NCBI GenBank assembly: GCA_034408725.1
Contig: JAWXCN010000064.1
Span: 1 to 38,972 of the forward strand
DNA: 38,972 nucleotides
Origin: Candidatus Hydrogenedentota bacterium
GTDB taxonomy: Bacteria > Hydrogenedentota > Hydrogenedentia > Hydrogenedentales > SLHB01
Direction: 5' to 3'
Made by a program: the position numbers and the translations under genes
Shown here: one piece after another, positions 1-7,907 of the stretch
Numbering within the stretch: the first letter of the stretch is position 1
Layout: each line of letters starts with the position of its first letter
The notes under the pieces: generated by a model
Seen by the model: only the letters and a program-made list of their open reading frames with translations
What the model was told of the DNA's origin: nothing
Database searches by the model: none

Positions 1-285
1 CCCAATAAGATTGGCGATTACATGGCCGTGGGCCGGCCCACGGTGTCCAACGCCGTCGGTGAAATGAAATGGCTCTTCGAGAACTATGCCATCGGCGCGC
101 TCGCGGACGAATCACCAGCCGCGATGGCTGCGGCGGCCCTCGCGCTGCTCCGTGATCCCCAACACGCCGCAACCCTTGGGGATACCGCGCGCCGGGTCGC
201 CCAAACCGATCTCAATTGGGCCACGCAGGTAAAGCGGCTCCAGGATTGGTACTACGACATTCTCGGACGCCAACAGCGCACCTAA
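1..285 (+). CDS. Glycosyltransferase family 4 (GT-B), C-terminal fragment; 5' end lies outside the window
   Basis: Frame +1 is open from base 1 and reads PNKIGDYMAVGRPTVSNAVG..., matching the GT4 P-x-K-x-x-(E/D)-Y-M-A-x-G-x-P motif; it ends in a typical GT4 C-terminal helix (LNWATQVKRLQDWY). Confidence 0.85.
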   Translation, partial: PNKIGDYMAVGRPTVSNAVGEMKWLFENYAIGALADESPAAMAAAALALLRDPQHAATLGDTARRVAQTDLNWATQVKRLQDWYYDILGRQQRT

Positions 286-301
286 TTCGCACTCCGGGGG
301 A

Positions 302-325
302 AGCGCGCGGGGACGCGCGCCCTCC
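302..325 (-). repeat. Single REP-like hairpin with a 5' GGAG tag
   Basis: Minus strand reads GGAG-GGCGCGCG-TCCC-CGCGCGCT; intergenic, about 17 bp after the GT4 stop. Confidence 0.5.
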
Positions 326-408
326 CGGAAAATCACTGATGCGCATCCGGCCTTTCTGTTGTAAAATGACCTGCATCTCTTTGTCAAAACCCGGGAAAGG
401 ATCCCATC

Positions 409-615
409 ATGTCCATCGCTCGAGTCACGGAAATTAAATCCTCCTCCAAGAAAAGCTTTGACGACGCCATCGCAACCGGCGTCGCCCGCGCCGCCCAAAC
501 CCTCAAGAATCTGAAGTCTGCCTGGGTCGAAAACCAGGAGGTGCAGGTGGATGGAAAAGGCCACATCACGGAATACCGCGTGCAACTCAAGGTGACGTTT
601 CTCCTCGAAGACTAG
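409..615 (+). CDS. Dodecin family flavin-binding protein
   Basis: 68 aa; SSSKKSFDDAIATGVARAAQTLKNLKSAWV...EYRVQLKVTFLLE is the dodecin pattern; purine-rich RBS (GGAAAGGA) upstream. Confidence 0.92.
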   Translation: MSIARVTEIKSSSKKSFDDAIATGVARAAQTLKNLKSAWVENQEVQVDGKGHITEYRVQLKVTFLLED

Positions 616-636
616 CCGGCCGTACTGTGGTCCAAT

Positions 637-662
637 AAAAGCGCCCACGAGGGCGCTTTTTT
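637..662. terminator. Intrinsic terminator, probably bidirectional
   Basis: AAAAGCGCCC-ACGA-GGGCGCTTTTTT, 21 bp after the dodecin stop. Confidence 0.85.
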
Positions 663-821
663 ACATTGCGTCCGACCCGCGAAGGTCGTGTCATCCACGC
701 AAATCATACTGCTTCGTGAAGTGCTTCAAACGAATGGACAGGCCCCCCAAGTGTTTGCAATAATTCATGGTTAGTGTGCGAAGGGTGCGAGTTTTCACGG
801 GGCCAAAGGTACAAAGCGAGC

Positions 822-2141
822 ATGAGCCGGATTAGCGTTTTAGGATTGGGTTACGTCGGGACGGTTTCGGCGGCGTGCTTTGCTGAACTGGGGCACGAGG
901 TTATCGGCGTCGATGTCAGCCCGTTGAAGGTTGAGATGATCAATCGGGGGCAAAGTCCCATTGTCGAAGAGTTAATTTCCGAGCTCATCGCCGATACCGT
1001 TTCTTCAGGCCGGTTACGGGCAGATGGAGATGTCGCCGAGGCAATCAAGAATTCGGATGTTTCGCTGATCTGCGTTGGCACACCGTCGTCCAACGGTGGC
1101 GGTCCCGACATGATGTACGTGCGGCGGGTGGCCGAGGAAATTGGTGACGCGTTGCGGGACCATTCCGGCTATCACGTGGTGGTCCTTCGGAGCACTGTAC
1201 TTCCAGGTACACTCGACGATATCGTGATTCCGGCTTTGGCTGCGCATAGTGGAAAAACGCCTGGAAAGGATTTCGGAGTTTGTTTTCATCCCGAATTTTT
1301 GCGCGAAGGGACTTCTGTAAAGGATTTTCGCGATCCGCCAAAAATCGTCATCGGTTCGCATGATACGAAAGCCGCGGACACGCTCGCTTCGTACTACGAA
1401 GGCTTTCCCGCGCCCTTGTTCAAAACCGCGGTGCGGACCGCTGAACTTCTAAAATACGCAGACAATGCGTTTCACGCATTGAAGGTGTCGTTTGGCAACG
1501 AGATTGGCACGCTCTGCAAGGAACTGGGAATTGACAGCCACGAGCTGATGCATATTTTCTGCCAGGACACCAAGCTGAACATTTCACCGGCGTACCTGAT
1601 GCCCGGTTTTGCGTATGGAGGCTCCTGCCTGCCGAAGGATCTGCGCGCGCTCAACCACCTTGCCCGGACGTGTCACGTCGAGTTGCCGGTCCTGAACGTC
1701 GTTCACCGGAGCAATGAACAACACCTTTTGCGCACGGTTGACATGATTACGCGGCTGGAAAAACGCCGCATAGGAATGCTTGGCTTGAGTTTCAAGCGCG
1801 GCACGGATGATTTGCGCGAAAGCCCGCTGGTGGAATTGGCCGAACGGCTGTTGGGCAAGGGTTATTCAGTAAAGATTTATGATGAGAATGTTCTCTTGTC
1901 GCGCATTCGCGGCGGCAACAAGATATACCTCGATCAAAAACTTCCGCATCTCTCGGAAGTGTTGTCGGACCAGATGGAGGCGGTAATTAGTGAATCGGAC
2001 GTAATCGTTGTCGGCGCGTCGAACCCTGCATTCGCCCATGCGCTGACGGCTGCCGCATCAGAAAAAATTGTAGTGGATTTGGTGCGCCTCTTCCCCAATG
2101 GGGTCCCACGGTTTGCGGGCTATCATGGCGTGTGTTGGTGA
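822..2141 (+). CDS. UDP-glucose/GDP-mannose dehydrogenase family protein (AlgD-like)
   Basis: Rossmann GLGYVG directly after ATG 822; ICVGTP, PEFLREG, catalytic GGSCLPKD and FKRGTDDLRESP motifs. KLNISPAYLMPGFAYGGSC resembles the GDP-mannose 6-dehydrogenase subgroup. Confidence 0.93.
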   Translation: MSRISVLGLGYVGTVSAACFAELGHEVIGVDVSPLKVEMINRGQSPIVEELISELIADTVSSGRLRADGDVAEAIKNSDVSLICVGTPSSNGGGPDMMYVRRVAEEIGDALRDHSGYHVVVLRSTVLPGTLDDIVIPALAAHSGKTPGKDFGVCFHPEFLREGTSVKDFRDPPKIVIGSHDTKAADTLASYYEGFPAPLFKTAVRTAELLKYADNAFHALKVSFGNEIGTLCKELGIDSHELMHIFCQDTKLNISPAYLMPGFAYGGSCLPKDLRALNHLARTCHVELPVLNVVHRSNEQHLLRTVDMITRLEKRRIGMLGLSFKRGTDDLRESPLVELAERLLGKGYSVKIYDENVLLSRIRGGNKIYLDQKLPHLSEVLSDQMEAVISESDVIVVGASNPAFAHALTAAASEKIVVDLVRLFPNGVPRFAGYHGVCW

Positions 2142-2181
2142 TGCCGCAACGATGCGCGCCATGGAATGAAACCTGCGTTGC

Positions 2182-3813
2182 ATGCCGGGTATAACGCCAA
2201 ACGAACACGTCGGCCACGGGTCGCCGCGCAATGCGCAGGCCACCGCCGCTACCCGTCAGCGCGCCCTCACGTGGATGCCAGCCACCTCGTTTGCCCGAAG
2301 GAAACAGCGGTTTTATCTGGGCACGCAGTTTGCCAGTGCAGTCGCCGCCGGGCTTGCCGGCGTGTTTGCCGCTTATGTCATGTTGTTCAGTTGGCCAAAA
2401 TCGCTTGGACAGGTGCGCGAATCGTCGTTTGATGTGGTTTCCGTATTCGTCGCGCTGATGCAACTGCCGTTTGTCCCGGAGCTGCGGCCATTCCTTCCGC
2501 TCGCGTTGATGTCCGGGCTCGCGTTCCCCGCGATATTTCAATGGTTTCGCCTGCTCACGCCACAGTCCGGCCATATCGCGCCTTTCGGCAATGTTTGGAC
2601 ACTATTGAAAGCGGTCGGTAGCGCGACGCTTTTGCTGTATCTGTTGTATACGCCGCAACTCACCGGGCCATTTGCGGGCGGACGCCATTACGCCGTCGCA
2701 TATTTCATATACTTCGCGGCGACGGCGTTTTTCACTGCGTTGCTGCTGCGGGCGGGCGTTCTCTCATTTATTTATTTCCTGCGGTCGCGCGGCGTCGGAC
2801 ATACACGCGTCGCCGTGATCGCAAAGAAGGATTTCGCGGACGTGCGCGCCGTGATGGACCGTCCGGATTCCGAGCATACGCTGGTTGGCGCTATTACCGT
2901 AGACGAATCCGCGCGAGACCTTGTCAGAATACTTGGTCCGCTCGGCGAACTCGCAAACATCATTAACCGGCACAAGGTAGACGAGATTCTCCTGGCGGCC
3001 GATCCCGGCGACCTTACCGTGGAGCAGCGCACCAACATTGCGGAAACCTGCTGGAAACTCGGCGTCGAACTGAAAATGATCACCCCGTTTCATCCGTATT
3101 TCAGGACGACCGCGCGCACCGAAGTAATCGGCGACTTCACCGTTCTGCGTGTGGAACCTTCGGGTCTGTACACCACGCGTTCACAGGTGCTAAAACGGCT
3201 GCTAGACATCATCCTGTCGCTGACGGCGCTTATTCTGCTTGCTCCGCTCATGGCTCTCGTCGCGTTGTTAATAAAAGTAACGTCGCCCGGTCCCGTCTTG
3301 TTCGTGCAAGAACGCCCCGGTTTGCACGGACGCGTGTTTCGGATTCTCAAGTTTCGCACGATGCGCACGGGCGCGGAAACCGGGATCCATCAAGAAGCAC
3401 AACGCAAACTAATCCAGGAAGGGTCGCCCGCGGGCTTTGATGCCGGCGGCAAACCGATCTACGGAAAAGTCGCGAACGATCCGCGCGTCACGCCGCTGGG
3501 AAAACTGTTTCGCAGCACGAGCATCGACGAGTTGCCGCAGCTCTGGAACGTGTTGCGCGGGGAAATGAGCCTCGTAGGCCCAAGGCCCGCCGTGCTCGCA
3601 GACGTCGAGAACTTCAAGGATTGGCATTTCCAACGGCATGACATCCGGCCGGGGTTGACGGGCCTTTGGCAGGTCAGCGGGCGCAGCCGCCTGTCGTTTG
3701 ATCAAATGGTCGCGCTGGATATCACGTACATTGAAGAATGGTCGATCTGGCTTGACGTCAAGATTTTGATGAAAACCCTGCCGGCGTTGTTCCAAACAGA
3801 TCAGGCGTTTTGA
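2182..3813 (+). CDS. Polyprenyl glycosylphosphotransferase (priming sugar transferase, WcaJ/WbaP-type)
   Basis: N-terminal TM helices and a central Rossmann-like region, then [52 protein letters not shown]. Start codon uncertain. Confidence 0.93.
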   Translation: MPGITPNEHVGHGSPRNAQATAATRQRALTWMPATSFARRKQRFYLGTQFASAVAAGLAGVFAAYVMLFSWPKSLGQVRESSFDVVSVFVALMQLPFVPELRPFLPLALMSGLAFPAIFQWFRLLTPQSGHIAPFGNVWTLLKAVGSATLLLYLLYTPQLTGPFAGGRHYAVAYFIYFAATAFFTALLLRAGVLSFIYFLRSRGVGHTRVAVIAKKDFADVRAVMDRPDSEHTLVGAITVDESARDLVRILGPLGELANIINRHKVDEILLAADPGDLTVEQRTNIAETCWKLGVELKMITPFHPYFRTTARTEVIGDFTVLRVEPSGLYTTRSQVLKRLLDIILSLTALILLAPLMALVALLIKVTSPGPVLFVQERPGLHGRVFRILKFRTMRTGAETGIHQEAQRKLIQEGSPAGFDAGGKPIYGKVANDPRVTPLGKLFRSTSIDELPQLWNVLRGEMSLVGPRPAVLADVENFKDWHFQRHDIRPGLTGLWQVSGRSRLSFDQMVALDITYIEEWSIWLDVKILMKTLPALFQTDQAF

Positions 3814-4649
3814 TCATGACTACCGTTTTGAATTCGATGAAGCGGCGAAACCTGCTCCACGTGGCGGCTTGGTGCATCATTGCAGTCGCGGCAATCATCG
3901 TTCTCGCGATACTGCGCCAGTACGGACAAGCGGCGGTCGTGCGCTACGACGGATACAACACTCTCGCCGCGGCCTGGAATGGCTATGCCAACGGCAACAT
4001 CGCGGAGGCGCAACGCCGTGCCTACGAATTGGCGCGTACGCATCCACAGTTTTCAAGCGAAATAATAGACCAGTTTGGCCAGCACTTGATTGCAATGCCA
4101 AGTCTCCTCGAAGAACTCTTTCCGAAAGCTAATCAGGCATTGTTTGGTGATTCGGCACACGAAATCGTTGGGGAAATATTGGCGGGCGACGCCGGAAGCG
4201 CTGCCACGCGAATCGATTCAATGATCAACAACGACACACTACCGGATACTGTGTTGCTTTGGCGCGCCCGTCAGGCGATGCGTGACGGCGATGTCCGCGC
4301 GGCGCATACGGTGTACTTACGGTATTGGAAACGCAACAGCGCGTCTCGCGTCGCTATTAGCGAAGGCGTAATTTTGTCCGGGGCTTCCTTGGAGGAGCGC
4401 GTAAATGTGCTTCTGTGGTGGGGATTGTGGGACGAAGCTATGGCCCTTTCAGCCAGTGCACCCGATGCGAACGAGCAGCCCATCGCTCACCTGTGCGACG
4501 GAATTGCCGCCGAGCTTGCAGGCGATCCCGCGAAGGCTCGCGCGGACTACGAAGCCGTCGTTGCGCAGCGCCCAACAAATCACCTCGCGCTGCTGAGGTT
4601 GACCGCACTTTTAGAAACTCTCGAAAGCGCCGCAACCCCAGCGGATTGA
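3810..4649 (+). CDS. Membrane-anchored TPR-like helical repeat protein
   Basis: N-terminal TM segment; TPR-like AHLCDGIAAELAGDPAKARADYEAVVAQRPTN; translationally coupled to the upstream gene. Confidence 0.65.
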   Translation: MIMTTVLNSMKRRNLLHVAAWCIIAVAAIIVLAILRQYGQAAVVRYDGYNTLAAAWNGYANGNIAEAQRRAYELARTHPQFSSEIIDQFGQHLIAMPSLLEELFPKANQALFGDSAHEIVGEILAGDAGSAATRIDSMINNDTLPDTVLLWRARQAMRDGDVRAAHTVYLRYWKRNSASRVAISEGVILSGASLEERVNVLLWWGLWDEAMALSASAPDANEQPIAHLCDGIAAELAGDPAKARADYEAVVAQRPTNHLALLRLTALLETLESAATPAD

Positions 4650-4716
4650 AAGGGCAATCGCGCTTAAGTCCCGAATAAACCGGCGTGACGCCGGCAGCGC
4701 GGCCGGGGGAACGGCT

Positions 4717-4928
4717 CTGCGCGCGGCCAATTGACGTCGAAAATCCGCGGAGCGCCTTGGAGTGCGGTAGCGGGTAGCTGCCGCTTTCCATTTCCTGGGC
4801 AAGATCGCTTCGTAATTGCGCGCGATTGCGATGGCTTCGATTCGCGTTTGCCTGAAGCCTTCAAATTTATTCTAAGATTTCGAGTGCACCGAAGTGAAAG
4901 CGGCGCTGATACGCCGCAGTCCAAGGCG
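4717..4928 (-). repeat. Solo inverted copy of the ~213-bp REPIN-like unit arrayed at 18408-19158
   Basis: Contains both hairpin motifs (4757-4788 and 4896-4924) and both spacers as the reverse complement of the array unit; lies between convergent genes. Confidence 0.9.
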
Positions 4929-4944
4929 GTGCAAAATTGCCAAT

Positions 4945-5691
4945 TCACCAATGCTTACTTGCGCTCCCCTTTTCCAACATTTCCCGCGCCAACGCACTGT
5001 ACTTTGTATCGCCCGCTTCAATGACTTGCTCCAATGACTGGCGCGCATCCTCATATTTTCCGAGAGTGTACTCAAGTCTGGCGCACTGATAACCGCTTTC
5101 CGGTGACGGTTGAAGCGCATGGCTTTCCACAAACGCCGCCAGCGCCTCCTCGTTCCGGCCTGCGTCCCGAAGCACTGCTCCTTCGTTGTATTTCGCCCAT
5201 TTTTCCGCGGCAGTATCGCCGCGCGCGCGCACCGCGGCAACGTGTTCCTGCGTCACCGACAGCGCGCCATCAACATCGTTCCTCTTCCGGAGCGCGTCAA
5301 ACAATAGGGTATAGGTAGGTCCATAGCCCTTGTCCAACGCGAATGCCATCTCCAATACGGAACGCGCTTGCGCACTTTGCTCAAGCGCCTGATGAGATTT
5401 TACGAGCCGCAGCATTGTGTAAATGCGATGCAGGGGTTCGCCTTCAAATCGCCGCGCAAGCGCATCCTCGTAGATTCGCACCGCTTTCGCATGTTCTCCC
5501 GCGGCAGCAAGATCAGTCGCGTGTTGCGCTACCACCTCTCCAATTTGGGCACTCAATCCATCAACGAACGGCGCGCCCCACGCACCAAAAGCGATCATGG
5601 CCGCCGCAAACAGCATGAAAATGAACGCGGACACCGTCACCACCGCAGTGGTGATGCCGTGTTCGCCCGGTACGTGATTTGTTGATTCCAT
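4945..5691 (-). CDS. Membrane-anchored tetratricopeptide repeat protein
   Basis: N-terminal TM helix; several TPR-like units (AKYNEGAVLRDAGRNEEALAAFVESHALQP; GYQCARLEYTLGKYEDARQSLEQVI). Confidence 0.8.
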   Translation of the reverse strand: MESTNHVPGEHGITTAVVTVSAFIFMLFAAAMIAFGAWGAPFVDGLSAQIGEVVAQHATDLAAAGEHAKAVRIYEDALARRFEGEPLHRIYTMLRLVKSHQALEQSAQARSVLEMAFALDKGYGPTYTLLFDALRKRNDVDGALSVTQEHVAAVRARGDTAAEKWAKYNEGAVLRDAGRNEEALAAFVESHALQPSPESGYQCARLEYTLGKYEDARQSLEQVIEAGDTKYSALAREMLEKGSASKHW

Positions 5692-5746
5692 CAGACCCCG
5701 TTCGCAGTGTTGCGCTTACGGTCAAGGACTTTTATCATTCTATTCC

Positions 5747-6784
5747 ATGACTGTTGCGCAAAAAAACGTTGTCTGGCATGTCACGTTACTGGTGTCCTTG
5801 TTAACCGTCGTGCCCCCGGCACAAGGGCAAGCCGGCTTCCTGCCCAGATTTCCCGCGTCCGCGCCTTTGCCGCGCGCGGCAGACACGCCTGGTCTGCCAC
5901 CGCTCCAGCTTCTAGGTCTCTCATTGCACCAAGCCGGCGGGGAAGTCACGGCTGACCGGCCTGAATTCGACAGTAGCGTCCCGCTGACCATGACGGCTTT
6001 TTGGATGCCTTCGATACGGTTGCAGGCTAGCGTTCCGGTAGACGTAACGATGTGGGACCATCTCAACCTCATCTCTCAGACCCGCGGATTTCGAGCGGGC
6101 CCCGAGCCGGGGGCAGAACCCTGGCAGGTAGGCAGCGTTTACACGCAGCAATACGAAATTCCGCTGGCCCCCGTGGCATCGCAATTCAGCGGGTTGAGTT
6201 ACCTCCTGGTTGCGCCAAAATCGGCGAGCAACACGGCATCTCCCCTTCCACCCTTTCAGCTTCTGCATACATTGCTCCGCCCGGCGATAATCGAGCGCGC
6301 ATTGCCAAAAGAAGCGATGCGGGCGGCATTTCCAAGCGCGAGCGGGGCGTTGGCCAAGCACGTGCGCATGGGCATGGGCAGCGATGTCACGTTTGAAACT
6401 CCAGAGTGGCCAGAGCATGTACGGCGTATCGGCATAATCTCGAGTCTGTCCTATCGTAGTGTCGCCCAAGGCGAACCGGTATGCCGCGTGCTAATCAATG
6501 AGGGAGGGCCGGATGCGCGGACGGTCCACTTGCTTTCGGGAACGATGACCGCTCGTTGCGACTACGATCTTTTTCAGCGCAAAGACCTCAATCATGAACG
6601 CGCGCCCATATTCGAATCGCGCGACAGCGCGCAATTGGATAAAGACGGCCGGCCAACGCTCCTGCACACGTATTTTGGCGTCATTGATCTGGGCGCGCCC
6701 GCACTCAGGGTGAGGTCGTTGCGCTTCGTGTGCGACTCGGAGACTATTCTCGATCTCTACGGCGCCGTCCCGTTGTTGGAATAG
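5747..6784 (+). CDS. Secreted hypothetical protein; divergent paralog of 6843-7907
   Basis: Signal-peptide-like N-terminus (LLVSLLTVVPPAQG); beta-rich; shares collinear motifs with the next ORF. Confidence 0.7.
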   Translation: MTVAQKNVVWHVTLLVSLLTVVPPAQGQAGFLPRFPASAPLPRAADTPGLPPLQLLGLSLHQAGGEVTADRPEFDSSVPLTMTAFWMPSIRLQASVPVDVTMWDHLNLISQTRGFRAGPEPGAEPWQVGSVYTQQYEIPLAPVASQFSGLSYLLVAPKSASNTASPLPPFQLLHTLLRPAIIERALPKEAMRAAFPSASGALAKHVRMGMGSDVTFETPEWPEHVRRIGIISSLSYRSVAQGEPVCRVLINEGGPDARTVHLLSGTMTARCDYDLFQRKDLNHERAPIFESRDSAQLDKDGRPTLLHTYFGVIDLGAPALRVRSLRFVCDSETILDLYGAVPLLE

Positions 6785-6842
6785 GGGAATCGCTCTGAAC
6801 ACCTTCTCGCCTGCCCCGCTTCGATGCATAGCATGTCGCGCC

Positions 6843-7907
6843 GTGTCTATTCTTATGGCGATACTGGCTATGCCAGGCGGAAACGCCGGTGCAGATGAAT
6901 CCGCCGCGATGGCTCCTGCACGTGTCAATCGCGCCCCTTATTTTTATGCAGGTCACCCGGATTGCCTTCCCTCCGCGGAACTGCTCGATTTACAGCTTAT
7001 CTCGAACGGTTTGGTGGTTGCGGGATCGCCACCTCGAATTCCAATCGGCGCACCGGTGGATATCGTTTTGAGCCTTGTTCCGCGTGTTGCCAGCTCGCGC
7101 AATTTGTGGGTGCGCATCGGAATTGGCAACGAAGGAAGCTCGGTCAATTACGTATTCCCAGTCGCTGCTTCCCAGTGGGAAATCGGTTCCGTCACCCAAC
7201 AACGCTGCACCGTCCGCATACCGCCATTCACGTTCGTAGGACACGGCGTGCTCTCGATAGCCGTGCAGGAACATCGCGCACCCGCATCAGGCGCGGATGA
7301 AACTACGGCGACGAAGACGCGCGCACCCGAAGCCGTCATTTACCAATGCCGGGTCGAAGCGCCGGCGGTGACCACCAGTTCAATCGTGGATGAACCAAGA
7401 ATCACGAGCGCCCTCGGAGCGGACGTTACACGAATGAAAAAAGCGTTCCGTCTTGCTCCGGGCCAGTGCATCTCTTTGACATTGGCGCCGTCAATTCAAC
7501 GCACAACGGCCGGCCTTGCCGTAATATCCGCGCTTCGCGGAGAAATTCAATCCCGGGCCAAAGACACGGTTTTGCGCATCACCGCCTCTGCACAGTTGCG
7601 CGCTGCGGAAAATATCGTCATGGCGGCGGGTACATCGACGTTGCCCGCGGAGTACGATGCATTTCGCCCTGGCACGAGGTCCCTTGGGCAGTGCGAACGC
7701 TTTGATATGTACCCCTATCCTGGCCACACGTGGAAAAACGAACCGCTTCACGCATACGCGTATCTTGCGCGGCTACCGTTAACGGTGACAAAAACACCGG
7801 ACCAACTAACCTTCGAGAACTTAAGCAAAACTGCCGTGATCGATGTATACGACGTTGTCTTGCTGCATAACCCAGATTCCCTGCGCGCCCCGAAGGACAC
7901 GCGATGA
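6843..7907 (+). CDS. Secreted hypothetical protein; divergent paralog of 5747-6784
   Basis: 354-aa ORF with a short hydrophobic N-terminus; its stop overlaps the next start (ATGA). Start uncertain. Confidence 0.65.
   Translation: MSILMAILAMPGGNAGADESAAMAPARVNRAPYFYAGHPDCLPSAELLDLQLISNGLVVAGSPPRIPIGAPVDIVLSLVPRVASSRNLWVRIGIGNEGSSVNYVFPVAASQWEIGSVTQQRCTVRIPPFTFVGHGVLSIAVQEHRAPASGADETTATKTRAPEAVIYQCRVEAPAVTTSSIVDEPRITSALGADVTRMKKAFRLAPGQCISLTLAPSIQRTTAGLAVISALRGEIQSRAKDTVLRITASAQLRAAENIVMAAGTSTLPAEYDAFRPGTRSLGQCERFDMYPYPGHTWKNEPLHAYAYLARLPLTVTKTPDQLTFENLSKTAVIDVYDVVLLHNPDSLRAPKDTR

Noticed and set aside
112..648. 178-aa minus-strand ORF and the many other antisense or nested ORFs in the track
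   Set aside because: These are shadows of well-supported genes in GC-rich DNA, with no recognisable motifs.
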